64,000 nt of DNA, taken from contig CAVPXI010000023.1 in NCBI GenBank assembly GCA_963709585.1, positions 197,310 to 261,309 on the forward strand, written 5' to 3'. Below, piece by piece: positions 41,605-53,024 of this stretch (within the stretch, counting starts at the first letter, position 1; every line of letters begins with the position of its first letter). This DNA comes from Candidatus Dormiibacterota bacterium. Lineage in GTDB: Bacteria; Chloroflexota; Dormibacteria; Aeolococcales; Aeolococcaceae. The translations under genes and the position numbers were made by a program. The notes beneath the pieces were generated by a model. That model was not told the origin of the DNA. It searched no databases and saw only the letters and a list, made by a program, of their open reading frames with translations.

Positions 41605-43400
41605 CAACGGTCAAGAAAGTCACCCTGCCGGCAGGTCTCACGGTCGCTGAGCTCGCCGATCGCCTCGAGGTGTCGGGTCCCCAGCTGATCAAGTACCTGA
41701 TGAGCAATGGCGTCATGGCCGCGCTCAACCAGACGGTCGACTTCGACACCGCCGCCCTTGCCGCCGACAACTTCGGGTTCGAGGCGGAATCCGAGGAATC
41801 GGTCGCGGAGCAGGCCAGGGGCACTTCGCCTCCCGGAGGCCGGCGCAAGCACCCCTTGATCGATCTCTCGAATGCCGCTCCGGGGACGCTGGTCACCCGG
41901 CCGCCGATCGTGGCGGTGCTCGGCCACGTCGACCATGGCAAGACATCGCTCCTCGATGCCATCCGCAAGACCAAGGTTGCCGCCGGCGAGGCGGGCGGAA
42001 TCACCCAGGTGATCAGCGCATACCAAGTCGAGCGCAACGGCCGCCTGATCACGTTCATCGACACCCCGGGCCATGAGGCGTTCACGGCGATGCGCGCCCG
42101 CGGAGCGGACGTGACCGACGTGGCGATTCTGGTCGTCGCCGCCGATGACGGGGTCATGCCGCAGACCGAGGAGGCCATCCAGCACATCCACGCCGCGGAT
42201 GTACCCATCGTCGTGGCGATGAACAAGATGGACAAGGAAGGTGTGAACCCCGATCGCGCGCTCCAGCAACTCGCCGAGCGCGGCGTCGTTGCCGAGCAGC
42301 CGTATGGCGGCGATGTGCCGGTCGTGAGGACGAGCGCCAGGACCGGGGAAGGCATCGACGATCTGCTGGAAAGCGTGCTGACCGTCTCTGACATCCTCGT
42401 CGAGCCGAAGGCAGATCCGAGCGGCCGTGCCGCGGGGACGGTCATCGACTCGTACCTGGAGCGCGGTCGCGGGGCTATTGCGACGCTGGTGGTCCAGAAC
42501 GGCACACTTCGGGTCGGCGACAACCTCGTCGCAGGCTCTGCATTCGGCAAGGTGCGCTCGCTGGTCGACGACACCGGCAAGCGCATCAAGGAAGCCGGGC
42601 CCAGCACGCCCGTCGTGGTCACCGGGCTCTCAGACGTCTTGATGGCCGGAGAGATCTTCGAGGTGGTCGAGACCGAGCGCGGCGCCCGGGTCAAGGCCGA
42701 GCAGCGCGGCTTCGACGAGAAGCAACGCCTGGCGCAGCCGGTGCGCCGGATCACGCTCGCCGACCTCGCGCAGAACGTCTCGGACGGCGAGATGAAGTCG
42801 CTCAACCTCGTCCTCAAGGCGGAAGCCAACGGCTCGCTCGAAGCCCTGCGCAGCCAGGTGGCCAAGATCGAAGACCCGACGGTCAAGATCAAGGTCGTCG
42901 GCGAAGGGGTCGGCGCTGTGAGTGAGTCCGACGTCAACCTGGCGGCGGTCACCGACGCCATCGTCATCGGGTTCAACGTCCGTCCCGACGATCACGCCCG
43001 CGCCGCCGCCGAGGAGCAGGGCGTCGATGTCCGCTTCTACGACGTCGTCTACCAGGTTACCGACGACATCGAGAAGGCGGTCAAGGGTCTGTATCAGCCG
43101 ACCATGATCGAGGTGACCCAGGGCCGCGCCGAGGTGCGCCGCGTCTACCAGGTCGACGGCAAGCCGGCGATCGCCGGTGCGCACGTGCTCGACGGCAGGA
43201 TCACGAGGAACGCGACGTGCCGCGTGCTGCGCGATTCCAAGGAGATCGCCCAGAGCCGCATCGAGGCGCTCAAGCGGTTCAAGGACGACGTCCGCGAGGT
43301 GACCCATGGGTACGACTGCGGCATCACCCTCGCCGACTTCAGCGATTTCCGCGAGGGCGACATCCTCGAAGCCTTCACGATGGAGCAGCAGAACGCATGA
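41601..43400 (+). CDS. infB: Translation initiation factor IF-2 (short form; probable ATA start)
   Basis: [28 protein letters not shown]. The IF2_N motif TVAELA..IKYLM begins upstream of the first canonical start; GGAGG 7 nt before in-frame ATA 41601. Confidence 0.95.
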   Translation: MATVKKVTLPAGLTVAELADRLEVSGPQLIKYLMSNGVMAALNQTVDFDTAALAADNFGFEAESEESVAEQARGTSPPGGRRKHPLIDLSNAAPGTLVTRPPIVAVLGHVDHGKTSLLDAIRKTKVAAGEAGGITQVISAYQVERNGRLITFIDTPGHEAFTAMRARGADVTDVAILVVAADDGVMPQTEEAIQHIHAADVPIVVAMNKMDKEGVNPDRALQQLAERGVVAEQPYGGDVPVVRTSARTGEGIDDLLESVLTVSDILVEPKADPSGRAAGTVIDSYLERGRGAIATLVVQNGTLRVGDNLVAGSAFGKVRSLVDDTGKRIKEAGPSTPVVVTGLSDVLMAGEIFEVVETERGARVKAEQRGFDEKQRLAQPVRRITLADLAQNVSDGEMKSLNLVLKAEANGSLEALRSQVAKIEDPTVKIKVVGEGVGAVSESDVNLAAVTDAIVIGFNVRPDDHARAAAEEQGVDVRFYDVVYQVTDDIEKAVKGLYQPTMIEVTQGRAEVRRVYQVDGKPAIAGAHVLDGRITRNATCRVLRDSKEIAQSRIEALKRFKDDVREVTHGYDCGITLADFSDFREGDILEAFTMEQQNA

Positions 43401-43795
43401 CGCTTCGCTCCGGCGCTCGCAGCCCACGCCGCGAGCGAGTGGGCGAGCAGCTTCGCGAGGAGATCTCGGCCATGATGCTGACCGAGATAAAGGATCCGAG
43501 GGTCCGTTTCGCCTCGATCTCGCGAGTCCGGGTGAGCCCGGATCTGCGTGAGGCATGGCTCGCCGTCAGCGCGCTCGGGAATGATGCCGAACGCCGGAAT
43601 GTCGTCGAGGCCCTCGAACACGCCGAGGGGTACCTTCGTGCTCAACTGGGCAGACGGCTCGAGAACCTGCGGAGCATTCCCCGGCTCCATTTCGAGCTCG
43701 ACAAGTCGATCGCCTACAGCGTGAGGGTGAGCACGCTGCTGAGAGACCTCGCCGGCGAACTTCCCGCCGAGGCAGCCGTGGAGGTTCCCGAGTGA
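43397..43795 (+). CDS. rbfA: Ribosome-binding factor A
   Basis: RERVGEQLREEIS, IKDPR, VSPDL, PRLHFELD. Confidence 0.94.
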   Translation: MTLRSGARSPRRERVGEQLREEISAMMLTEIKDPRVRFASISRVRVSPDLREAWLAVSALGNDAERRNVVEALEHAEGYLRAQLGRRLENLRSIPRLHFELDKSIAYSVRVSTLLRDLAGELPAEAAVEVPE

Positions 43796-44793
43796 CTGTT
43801 GCAGCAGCCGCCGCCTGGCCCCGTCTCCAGGATGTCGTCGATCCGATCCGCAAGATCATCGAGGGCACCGATCAGATCACCTGCCTGGCGCACAAGGACG
43901 CCGACGCTGACAGCCTGGGCTCCGCACTTGGGTTCGCGCTCGCGCTTCGCGCCATGGGGCGCAGGGTTCGCGTCGTCGTCCCCGAGCCGCTCCCGCGACT
44001 GCTCGAGCATCTCCCAGGATTCGAGACGGTCGAGACGGGCGGGGCGCCCCTCGGCCAGACCGTCTTCACATTCGACTGCGCCACGCTGGGACGGTTTGGT
44101 GAGCGGCGCGTCGAAGTGGAGCGCGCCGGCACCGTCGTCAACATCGACCACCACCTCAGCAACACCGGGTTCGGCACGATCAATCTCGTCGACGGGTCGG
44201 CGAGCGCGACCGGCCAGGTGATCCACCGCCTGCTCCGCGAGCTCGGCGCTCCGATCAGCCCCGCGGTGGCGACCAACCTCTACGCGGCGCTCTTCACCGA
44301 CACCGGCGGGTTTCGGCACGAGAACACCACCGAAGCGGCTCTCCGTCTCGCGGCCGCGCTCGTCGCCGCGGGAGCCGACCCCGGCTGGGTTGCGCTCAAG
44401 AGCTACAAGTCACGCACCCTCGCGCAGGTGCGCCTCGAAGGCCTTGCCATCGCTCAGATGCGTTCCGAGATGGACGGCCGGCTGCTCTGGTCCGAGGTGA
44501 CCCTGCCCATGCTCGAGCAGGCGGGAGCCGACCTGCAGGACTCCGAGGGCATCATCGACGCGCTCCAGAGCATCGCCTCCATGGAGATCGCGATTCTCTT
44601 CAAGGAGATCTCGGCAGACCGCAGCAAGATCAGCGTGCGCACCCGCGATCCCATCGACGCGACCGACGTCTGCACCCCGTTCGGAGGTGGAGGCCACCGA
44701 CGCGCCGCCGGCGCCGAGTTCCGGGATCCCCTCGCGGTCGCGGAGCGGAAGGTGCTCGAGGTGGCTCGCCGGTTGATCGATCCAGCGCGGTGA
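43792..44793 (+). CDS. nrnA: DHH/DHHA1 phosphoesterase (NrnA-like oligoribonuclease)
   Basis: HKDADADSLGS, IDHH, TDTGGF, GGGGHRRAAG. Confidence 0.9.
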   Translation: MTVAAAAAWPRLQDVVDPIRKIIEGTDQITCLAHKDADADSLGSALGFALALRAMGRRVRVVVPEPLPRLLEHLPGFETVETGGAPLGQTVFTFDCATLGRFGERRVEVERAGTVVNIDHHLSNTGFGTINLVDGSASATGQVIHRLLRELGAPISPAVATNLYAALFTDTGGFRHENTTEAALRLAAALVAAGADPGWVALKSYKSRTLAQVRLEGLAIAQMRSEMDGRLLWSEVTLPMLEQAGADLQDSEGIIDALQSIASMEIAILFKEISADRSKISVRTRDPIDATDVCTPFGGGGHRRAAGAEFRDPLAVAERKVLEVARRLIDPAR

Positions 44794-45731
44794 CCGGCGT
44801 CGCCGTGCCCGGAGCCGGCCCACGCCCGGGGTCGGCGGCCGCGCGCCGAGGAGGCGTGCTCCCCCTCGACAAGCCCGCCGGGATCACATCGTTCGACGCC
44901 ATCCGCCAGGTTCGACGCATCCTCGGCGAGCGACGAGTCGGCCATGCGGGGACGCTCGATCCCACCGCGACCGGTCTGCTCCCGATCTGCGTCGGCCGCA
45001 GCACCCGCTTCGTCGACTATTTCCACGCCCAGCCCAAGACCTATCACTGCGTGGTTCGTCTCGGCGAGCGAAGTGACACGGGCGACACCGAGGGCGTGAT
45101 CGTCGCCGGCGCCGACGCCAGCGCGATCACCGCCGAGCAGATTCGCGCCGAGCTCGCACGGTTCATCGGCGAGATCGAGCAGATTCCACCGATGCATTCG
45201 GCGGTCAGGCACGAGGGGCGGCACCTCTACGAGCTCGCCCGAGCGGGCGAGGAGGTGATCAGGGAGCCACGACGAGTGACCATCCACTCGGCCGAGCTGG
45301 TCGACTTCCGGCCGGGTGCCCGAGCGGAGGCAGAGATCGTGGTTGTCAGCGGCAAGGGCGCGTACATGCGCGTGCTCGCCTCCGACCTCGGCGATTCGCT
45401 CGGCACCGGCGGACTCCTCGGCTGGCTCTCCCGGACGAGCTACGGCACGCTCGGGCTCGCTGCGTCAATCACGCTCGACCATCTCTCCGCAATGGACGAT
45501 CCGTGGCTGGCTCTCCTGCCTCCCGATGTTGCGGTCGCGCATCTGCCCCTCGTCAATCTCGGACCGGCGCAGGTGCTCCAGGTCCGGCGCGGCCAGTCGG
45601 TGTGGTTGCCCCGATCGATCCTGCCCGACGTTGCCGGAGAGTGCCGGATGCACGATCCCACCGGCGAGCTGATCGGTATCGGAGAGCTCAACGGCGGCCT
45701 GCTCCGGCCGACCAAGGTGCTGGCCGGCTGA
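44790..45731 (+). CDS. truB: tRNA pseudouridine(55) synthase
   Basis: DKPAGITS, GHAGTLDP, QIPPMHSA, KGAYMR. Confidence 0.95.
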   Translation: MTGVAVPGAGPRPGSAAARRGGVLPLDKPAGITSFDAIRQVRRILGERRVGHAGTLDPTATGLLPICVGRSTRFVDYFHAQPKTYHCVVRLGERSDTGDTEGVIVAGADASAITAEQIRAELARFIGEIEQIPPMHSAVRHEGRHLYELARAGEEVIREPRRVTIHSAELVDFRPGARAEAEIVVVSGKGAYMRVLASDLGDSLGTGGLLGWLSRTSYGTLGLAASITLDHLSAMDDPWLALLPPDVAVAHLPLVNLGPAQVLQVRRGQSVWLPRSILPDVAGECRMHDPTGELIGIGELNGGLLRPTKVLAG

Positions 45732-45738
45732 CGACCCG

Positions 45739-46677
45739 ATGGAGTTGCTCCATGAGTTCCCCGCGGCGGAGGCGGGCGGCCCAGGGTCGGTGGTGACGAT
45801 CGGCAGCTTCGACGGCGTCCACATCGGCCATCAACGTCTGCTCAGGCGCGTCCGCACTGCGGCCGCCGGCGGCGCTATGACCGCCGTCGCGGTCACCTTC
45901 GACCCGCATCCCCGTTGTGTCGTCGATCCGTCGGGCTGCCCTCCACTGCTCTGCAGTCTCGACGACCGCATCGAGCTGCTCGCAGGATGCGGTGCCGAAC
46001 GAGTGGTGGTCATCCCGTTCACCCAGGAGTTGAGCACCTGGAGCGCGGATCGCTTCGCGGCAACGCTCACCGAGAGTCTGGGGATGCGCCGGCTCATCGT
46101 CGGGCCGGGTTTCGCCCTGGGCCGCGGGCGCGAGGGTAATCTCGAATTTCTGGGACGTCTGGGTGCCCGGCGCGGCTTCAAGGTCACCACCGTGGCACCG
46201 TCGAGACGAGGCGGCCGGGCGGTGTCGTCGAGGCGGATTCGCAAGTCGATCGCCACCGGCCGCTTCTCCGAGGCGATCGCGATGCTCGGCCGCGCCTACG
46301 TGCTCGAAGGGGTGATCGAACGCGGAGAGGGTCGCGGCGCCGGACTCGGCGTCCCCACCGCCAACCTCGGAGTTGACGGGACACGCTGCATCCCCGCGCC
46401 GGGCGTCTACGCCGGCTGGCTGCACGTCGGTGATGGCTGGCGTGCCGCTGCGACCGGGATCGGCACCCGGCCCACGTTTGGAGCGGGGTCGGTCACGGTC
46501 GAGGCGCACGTGCTCGACTTCGAGGGCGACCTCTATGGGCGACACGCGCGGCTCGCACTGGCGCGGCGGATTCGATCCGAGCGCGCGTTCAGCACGGTCG
46601 CGGCGCTCACAGCGGCAATGGCTCGCGACATCGCGCACACCCGCGAGATCGTGCGGCGACTCCCACCCCCGTCGTGA
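45739..46677 (+). CDS. ribF: Bifunctional riboflavin kinase/FAD synthetase
   Basis: [36 protein letters not shown]. Confidence 0.95.
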   Translation: MELLHEFPAAEAGGPGSVVTIGSFDGVHIGHQRLLRRVRTAAAGGAMTAVAVTFDPHPRCVVDPSGCPPLLCSLDDRIELLAGCGAERVVVIPFTQELSTWSADRFAATLTESLGMRRLIVGPGFALGRGREGNLEFLGRLGARRGFKVTTVAPSRRGGRAVSSRRIRKSIATGRFSEAIAMLGRAYVLEGVIERGEGRGAGLGVPTANLGVDGTRCIPAPGVYAGWLHVGDGWRAAATGIGTRPTFGAGSVTVEAHVLDFEGDLYGRHARLALARRIRSERAFSTVAALTAAMARDIAHTREIVRRLPPPS

Positions 46678-46744
46678 TCGCCGCGAGTCGCGAGTCGCAA
46701 GGCCGCCGATCGATGATCTCCTGTTAGACTTGCGGCGAACAATC

Positions 46745-47011
46745 GTGCCAATCGTCAGATCCAAATCCGAGATCATCGCGGAGCATCGGCGCCACGAAAC
46801 GGACACCGGCTCCACCGAGGTCCAGGTTGCAGTGCTGAGTGAACGCATCACGTCGCTCACCGAACACCTTCGCGATCACCCCAAAGACCACGCGTCGCGC
46901 CGCGGGTTGCTCAAGCTCGTCGGCCAGCGCCGCCGGTTGCTCGACTATCTGTCGGGAACTGACGTCGAGCGCTATCGCGCACTGATCGGGCGCCTCGGCC
47001 TGCGTCGATAG
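46745..47011 (+). CDS. rpsO: 30S ribosomal protein S15
   Basis: [30 protein letters not shown]; GTG start. Confidence 0.96.
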   Translation: MPIVRSKSEIIAEHRRHETDTGSTEVQVAVLSERITSLTEHLRDHPKDHASRRGLLKLVGQRRRLLDYLSGTDVERYRALIGRLGLRR

Positions 47012-47098
47012 TGTCAGGCGCGACCATTCATCAGACCCAAGCAACACACACCATCAACCGACCCGGAGCCGGCACCTTCCGGCGACGTCGCACTCACA

Positions 47099-47188
47099 GG
47101 TGAGACGTTGGGGTCCGTGTATCAGGAAGCGGTACCGCAGCTGCAGCGCGAGCCGCAAGCCCTGATGCTCAGTCCCCAACACCTCACC
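47099..47188 (+). promoter_or_regulatory. Long imperfect stem-loop in the pnp 5' leader
   Basis: Nested inverted repeats GGTGAG/CTCACC, GTTGGGG/CCCCAAC, ATCAGG/CCTGAT. Confidence 0.6.
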
Positions 47189-47246
47189 GCTGTCGAGCGC
47201 GGCGAAGCGGAGCGCTTCCGGCGCGGGTCACCACCAGGAGACACGC

Positions 47247-49397
47247 GTGGCAATCCCCGACAATCTCAAGAAAACATTTGAAACGGACTTCTGCGGCAAG
47301 CGACTGATCGTCGAAACCGGGTACATCGCCGAGCAGGCGAACGGCGCGGTGATGCTCCGCCTCGGCGACACCGCATTGCTCGTCACCGCGGTCGCATCGA
47401 AGGGGCCGCGGGAGGGCATCGACTTCTTCCCGCTCACCTGCGACTACGAGGAGAAGCTCTACGCAGTCGGGCGCATCCCCGGGTCGTTCCCTCGTCGTGA
47501 AGGCAGGCCGAGTGAAGCCGCCACGATCACGAGCCGGATGATCGACCGCCCGATGCGGCCGCTCTTCCCCAAGGACTTCCGCAACGACGTGCAGATCGTC
47601 GCGACGGTGCTGAGCAGCGACCAGGAGCAGGATCCGGCGACGCTCGCAGTCACCGGCGCGTCGTGCGCGCTGCAGATCAGCGGAATTCCGCATGGCGGGC
47701 CGGTCGCATGCGTCCGCGTCGGCATGCTCGACGGGCAGCTGCTGCTCAATCCCACCCTCACCCAGATCAACGAATCCGCGCTCGACCTGATCGTCGCGGG
47801 CACATGGGACGCAATCGTCATGGTCGAGGCGGGGGCGCATCAGATCTCCGAGCAGGTGATGCTGCAGGCGTTGCGTATGGCGCACGACGAGATCCGCAAG
47901 CTCGTGGAGTTCCAGCGCGGCATGCACGACTCGATCGGCAAGCCGACGATGAGCTACCCCTCGCAGAAGGTCTCGCCGGACATCACCGCGGCCGTGCATG
48001 AGCACGTCGCATCGCGCGTCGGCAGCGCCGCGCGCAACCCCGACAAGGCCTCGCGCGAAGCAGCCATCGATCAGCTCCAGGCGGAGACGGTCTCCGCACT
48101 CGAGGAGCGCTTTCCCGAAGGTCGGTCCGACATCGGCAAGGCGTACGAGTCCGAGGTCAAGAAAGCCGTTCGTGCCGCGATTCTCGAGGAGGGCATCCGT
48201 CCGGACGGACGCCGTACCGACGAGATCCGGCCCATCTGGGCCGAGGTGGGCGTGCTGCCGCGCACGCACGGCTCCGCGCTCTTCACCCGTGGACAGACGC
48301 AGGCGCTGTCGGTCGTGACCATCGGTTCTGGTCAGGATCAGCAGAAAATCGACGGCCTGGGCCTCGAGAACTTCAAGCGGTTCATGCACCAGTACAACTT
48401 CCCGCCGTACTCGGTGGGGGAGGCGCGGCCGCTGCGCTCACCGGGCCGCCGCGAGATCGGCCACGGCGCCCTCGCCGAGCGTGCAGTGCACAACGTGATG
48501 CCCGAGGAGGAGAAGTTCCCCTACGTGGTGCGCATCGTCACCGAGATCCTCTCAAGCAACGGCTCGACATCGATGGCATCGGTGTGCGGCTCGTGCCTTG
48601 CGCTCATGGACGCCGGCGTGCCGCTTGTGGCGCCGGTCGCGGGCATCGCCATGGGCCTGATCACCGACGAGGGTGCTGAACACGCCGCGATCCTCAGCGA
48701 CATCCAGGGGATGGAGGACGCGCTCGGTGACATGGACTTCAAGGTCGCGGGCTCAGAGACGGGCATCACCGCGATGCAGATGGACTGCAAGATCAAAGGT
48801 CTCAGCTGGGACCTGATGGAGCGGGCGCTCGAGCAGGCTCGCGTTGGCCGCCTCCACATCCTCGGCAAGATGTCCGAGGCGCTCGCCGCTCCGCGACCCG
48901 AGCTGAGCCCATGGGCGCCTCGCATCGAGGTCATCAACATCAACCCTGACAAGATCCGCGACGTCATCGGCCCGGGCGGCAAGATGATCCGCAAGATCGT
49001 CGAGGAGACCGGTGCGCAGATCGACGTCGAGGACGACGGCCGCGTGTTCATCGCGTCGGCCAATGCCGCATCGCGCGAGCAGGCGATGGCGATGATCCAC
49101 GACCTGACCGACGATATCGAGATCGGGCGGATCTACAAGGGCAAGGTGTCGCGCCTGATGGGCTTCGGGGCCTTCGTCGAGATCATGCCCAAGAAAGAAG
49201 GTCTGGTCCGGATCGGGCAGCTCGCCGAACACCACGTCGACAAGGTCGAGGACGTGGTCAACATCGGCGACGAGATCATGGTCAAGGTGATCGAGGTCGA
49301 CGACCGGGGACGGGTCAACCTCTCGAGGCGAGAAGCGATCCGCGAGCTCTCGAAGCAGCAGGAAGCCGGTGGCAACGGCGCCGGCGGGCCCGCTTAG
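47247..49397 (+). CDS. pnp: Polyribonucleotide nucleotidyltransferase
   Basis: [47 protein letters not shown]; KH and S1 domains. Confidence 0.97.
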   Translation: MAIPDNLKKTFETDFCGKRLIVETGYIAEQANGAVMLRLGDTALLVTAVASKGPREGIDFFPLTCDYEEKLYAVGRIPGSFPRREGRPSEAATITSRMIDRPMRPLFPKDFRNDVQIVATVLSSDQEQDPATLAVTGASCALQISGIPHGGPVACVRVGMLDGQLLLNPTLTQINESALDLIVAGTWDAIVMVEAGAHQISEQVMLQALRMAHDEIRKLVEFQRGMHDSIGKPTMSYPSQKVSPDITAAVHEHVASRVGSAARNPDKASREAAIDQLQAETVSALEERFPEGRSDIGKAYESEVKKAVRAAILEEGIRPDGRRTDEIRPIWAEVGVLPRTHGSALFTRGQTQALSVVTIGSGQDQQKIDGLGLENFKRFMHQYNFPPYSVGEARPLRSPGRREIGHGALAERAVHNVMPEEEKFPYVVRIVTEILSSNGSTSMASVCGSCLALMDAGVPLVAPVAGIAMGLITDEGAEHAAILSDIQGMEDALGDMDFKVAGSETGITAMQMDCKIKGLSWDLMERALEQARVGRLHILGKMSEALAAPRPELSPWAPRIEVININPDKIRDVIGPGGKMIRKIVEETGAQIDVEDDGRVFIASANAASREQAMAMIHDLTDDIEIGRIYKGKVSRLMGFGAFVEIMPKKEGLVRIGQLAEHHVDKVEDVVNIGDEIMVKVIEVDDRGRVNLSRREAIRELSKQQEAGGNGAGGPA

Positions 49398-50463
49398 ACC
49401 GCGGGGGAATTCCCCCGGGCCGGCCGTCGCCGTCGTGGGTGCGACCGGCGCTGCCGGGGGCACGCTCGTGCGCATCCTCGGCGAGCGGTCGTTTCCGGCG
49501 TCGGCGTTGGTCTTGTACGCAAGCTCGCGCAGCGCGGGCCGGCACGTGTCCACCTACCTGGGCGACCTCGAGGTGCGCGAGCTCTCCGGGGATGCGCTCC
49601 GCGGAGCGGACATCGTCTTCTTCGCCGCGGGCGCCGCGACGTCGCGCCGTCATGCTCCGGCGGTCGCGGAGTCCGGCGGGATCGCTGTCGACAAGTCGAG
49701 CGCGTTCCGAATGGATCCTGCCGTGCCGCTGGTTGTTCCCGAGGTGAACCCCGGGGCGCTCGAAATGCATCGGGGGATTGTCGCCAACCCCAACTGTGTG
49801 GCGATCCCCATGAGCATCGTGCTCGCGCCTTTGCAACGCGCCTACGGACTGCGCCACGTGACCGCCGCGACGTACCAGGCCGCCACCGGAGCCGGCCTCG
49901 GCCTGGCCGATGAGCTCGCCGCCCAGACCCGCGATGACGCCGCGGGCACCAGCCCGACCGCGCGTGTCTACCCGTACGTGCTCCACGGCAACGTGGTGCC
50001 CGGAGGCTGGGCCATGCAGGGCGCGGACACCGAGGAAGAGGTCAAGGTCATCGCCGAGACGCGCCGCGTCCTCGACGCACCCGAGCTGCGTATGAGCGTT
50101 ACCACCGTGCGCGTCCCGGTGACGGTCGGGCACAGCGTCGCGGTGTGGATCGAGCTCGATGTGCCGGCGGACCCTGACGATGTGCGCGCGCTGCTGCGTT
50201 CCGCGCCGGGGATCGTGGTCGTCGACGATCCTGAGACGCAGCGGTATCCGATGCCCCGAGCGGTCGCCGGCAGCGACGACGTCCAGGTGGGGCGCATACG
50301 CCGCGATGCCGGGCGCGAGAACGGGATCGCACTCTTCTTCAGCGCCGACAACCTGCGCAAGGGAGCCGCGACCAATGCCGTACAGGTTGCCGAGTTGCTC
50401 CTGGTTCGCACCGCTGCAGGCACGGCTCCGGATCGCTCGGGCATGCCCCGCGTGGTGCACTAA
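49369..50463 (+). CDS. asd: Aspartate-semialdehyde dehydrogenase
   Basis: VVGATG, SSAFRM, VVPEVN, ANPNC, VRVPV..GHS, DNLRKGAA.NAVQ. Confidence 0.93.
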   Translation: MATAPAGPLRPRGNSPGPAVAVVGATGAAGGTLVRILGERSFPASALVLYASSRSAGRHVSTYLGDLEVRELSGDALRGADIVFFAAGAATSRRHAPAVAESGGIAVDKSSAFRMDPAVPLVVPEVNPGALEMHRGIVANPNCVAIPMSIVLAPLQRAYGLRHVTAATYQAATGAGLGLADELAAQTRDDAAGTSPTARVYPYVLHGNVVPGGWAMQGADTEEEVKVIAETRRVLDAPELRMSVTTVRVPVTVGHSVAVWIELDVPADPDDVRALLRSAPGIVVVDDPETQRYPMPRAVAGSDDVQVGRIRRDAGRENGIALFFSADNLRKGAATNAVQVAELLLVRTAAGTAPDRSGMPRVVH

Positions 50464-50473
50464 ACTCCGCCAA

Positions 50474-51131
50474 ATGGTGGCGACGACCGAAGAGGTCCTC
50501 GAGCTCCACGGCCGGGTTCGCGCGTGCACCGCGTGCCCCTTGCACCTCACCCGCATCCAGGCCGTTCCCGGGTACGGCCCGGCTACCGCGCGCGTGATGG
50601 CGGTCGGCGAGGCTCCCGGCGAGAACGAGGACCGTGAGGGCAAACCCTTCGTCGGCGCGGCGGGCAGGCTGCTCACCAGCCTGCTCGAAGTCGGCCGGGC
50701 TCGACCGTCGCGACATCTACATCACCAACATCGTGAAGTGCCGTCCGCCCCGGAACCGCGATCCCGAACCCGCAGAGGTCGAGGCATGCAGCCACTATCT
50801 CGATGAGCAGATCGAGATGCTCCAGCCCGACGTGATCCTCCTGCTCGGCCGTCACGCCCTGACCCGACTGCTGCCCGGCGCCGGGGGCATCTCGCGCCTG
50901 CACGGCGAACGCGTTCGCCACGACGACCGCGTCTTCGTCCCCCTGTATCACCCGGCGGCCGCGCTCTACAACGCCGGGCTCAAGGATACCCTCGACGCCG
51001 ACATGCGGCGAGTGCGCGGCTATCTCGCCGACGCTGAGGCGGCGCGAGCCCGGCGCGCCGGCGGGGCCTCGGCGTCCGAGCTGCGCGAGGTCGCGGCTGC
51101 CTCCGGCGGTGACCAGATGGACCTCTTTTGA
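50474..51131 (+). CDS. Family 4 uracil-DNA glycosylase (frameshift ~50689)
   Basis: CTACPL, VGEAPG, PFVGAAG; then YITNIVKCRPP.NRDP, YHPAA. Confidence 0.92.
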
Positions 51132-52795
51132 TCGACGCGCCGAGCTCAGCGCAGCTCACGCTGATCCCGCTCGGGGGGCTCGGCGAGATCGGCCGCAACA
51201 TGCTCGCACTCAGCTGCGGCGACGACATCGTGGTGATCGACACCGGCCTCATGTTCCCGGAGCAGGAGATGCTCGGTGTCGACCTGGTGATTCCGGACAT
51301 CGCCTGGCTTCAGGACCGCGTCGCGAACATCCGCGGAATCGTCCTGACACACGGGCATGAGGACCACATCGGCGCGCTGCCGTACGTCCTGCCGCGCCTG
51401 CCCGTGCCCGTCTACGGCACGGCGCTGACGCTCGGTTTTCTGCGCAACAAGCTGCGCGAGCACGGGCTGATCGAAACCACCGAGCTGCATACGGTCCGCC
51501 CCGGGGACATGCGCAGCCTCGGGTGCTTCGACGTGGAATGGGTGCACGCGACCCACTCCATCCCGGATGCGTGCGCGCTGGTGGTGCGCACGCCGGCGGG
51601 TGTGATCATCCACTCGGGCGACTTCAAGATCGACAGCACCCCGGTGCAGGGACAGCCCCCCGACCTGGCACGGCTGGCGCGGATCGGCGACGAGGGCGTG
51701 CTGCTGCTGCTCAGCGACAGCACCAACGCGGAACAGGAAGGAACAACCCCGAGCGAGCGGACCGTCGGGGAGGGGCTCGCGCCCATCTTCGCCGCGGCCC
51801 AGGGCCGGATCCTGATGGCGACGTTCGCGTCCAACATCTCGCGATTGCAGCAGGCGATCAACGCGGCGCAGGCCTGCGGTCGGCGCTGTTTCATCGTCGG
51901 ACGCTCGATGCTCAAGAACATCAAGGTCGCCGAGGAGCTCGGCTACCTGCACGTGCCACCAGGCATGTTCGTCAACCCAAAGGAGCACGAGCGCCTTCCC
52001 GACAACGAGCTCGCCATTCTGTGCACCGGCGCACAGGGCGAGCCACTCTCGGCGCTGGTGCGCATCGCGGCCGGCGAGCACCGCATGGTGAGCCTGCGCG
52101 AGGCCGACACCGTGGTCATCAGCGCAAACCCCATTCCAGGCAATGAGGAATCGGTACATCGGACGATCAACAACCTCTACCGGCAAGGGGCCCGCGTCTT
52201 CAACTCCTCACGCCACGGGGTCCACGCATCGGGGCACGCAAGCCGCGAGGAGCTCAAGCTCCTGCTCACACTCACACGACCGCGCTATTTCATCCCGGTG
52301 CACGGCGAGTACCGACACCTCGCGCTCCATGCCGCGCTCGCGCGATCGGTCGGCATCCCCGCGGAGCGAGTGCTCGCCATCGACAACGGCACCGTCGTCG
52401 CTTTCGATGAGCACGGCGCTCGCGCCACCGGTGAGCGAGTGCGCACGGGATACGTCTACGTCGACGGGCTCAGCATCGAAGAGGCGGGCGACGTCGTCTT
52501 CCGCGATCGCCAGCAGCTCGCGCAGGACGGGGTGATCCTGGTGGTCCTGACCGTCGAACGTTCCAGCGGTGGAGTGGTGGCGGGACCGGACCTCGTGTCC
52601 CGGGGCTTCGTCGCCGACGATGCCGACGCGCTGTTCGACGAGGCGCGCGAGCATGTCCTGTCGCTGGTGTCGCGGCTCACTCCGGACGCCGGATACACGG
52701 CGTGGCAGGGGGCGATCCACGAGGGGCTTTCTCGATTCCTTTACAAGAAAACCAAGCGGAGGCCGCTGATCCTGCCCCTGGTCACCGAGGTCTGA
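51128..52795 (+). CDS. rnj: Ribonuclease J
   Basis: PLGGLGEIGRN, THGHEDHIG, HSIPD, GDFK, HASGH, PVHGE. Confidence 0.96.
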   Translation: MIDAPSSAQLTLIPLGGLGEIGRNMLALSCGDDIVVIDTGLMFPEQEMLGVDLVIPDIAWLQDRVANIRGIVLTHGHEDHIGALPYVLPRLPVPVYGTALTLGFLRNKLREHGLIETTELHTVRPGDMRSLGCFDVEWVHATHSIPDACALVVRTPAGVIIHSGDFKIDSTPVQGQPPDLARLARIGDEGVLLLLSDSTNAEQEGTTPSERTVGEGLAPIFAAAQGRILMATFASNISRLQQAINAAQACGRRCFIVGRSMLKNIKVAEELGYLHVPPGMFVNPKEHERLPDNELAILCTGAQGEPLSALVRIAAGEHRMVSLREADTVVISANPIPGNEESVHRTINNLYRQGARVFNSSRHGVHASGHASREELKLLLTLTRPRYFIPVHGEYRHLALHAALARSVGIPAERVLAIDNGTVVAFDEHGARATGERVRTGYVYVDGLSIEEAGDVVFRDRQQLAQDGVILVVLTVERSSGGVVAGPDLVSRGFVADDADALFDEAREHVLSLVSRLTPDAGYTAWQGAIHEGLSRFLYKKTKRRPLILPLVTEV

Positions 52796-53024
52796 TCTCG
52801 GTCAGACGGGTACGTCGACGCACCGCTCCCACACGGAAGATGCCGGCACAACAACAGTCACCGCGACAACACATCCGTGTAGTATAGGCACGGATGTTCG
52901 AGGTCATCTCCCAGCCACCGGCACGCGACTCCGCATTTGCGGCGGTCGATTTGCTGATAGCATCGGGCCCGATCCAGGGGCCTCGGTAGCCCGTCTTCCA
53001 CGCGTTCCACATCGAGTTCACGAC

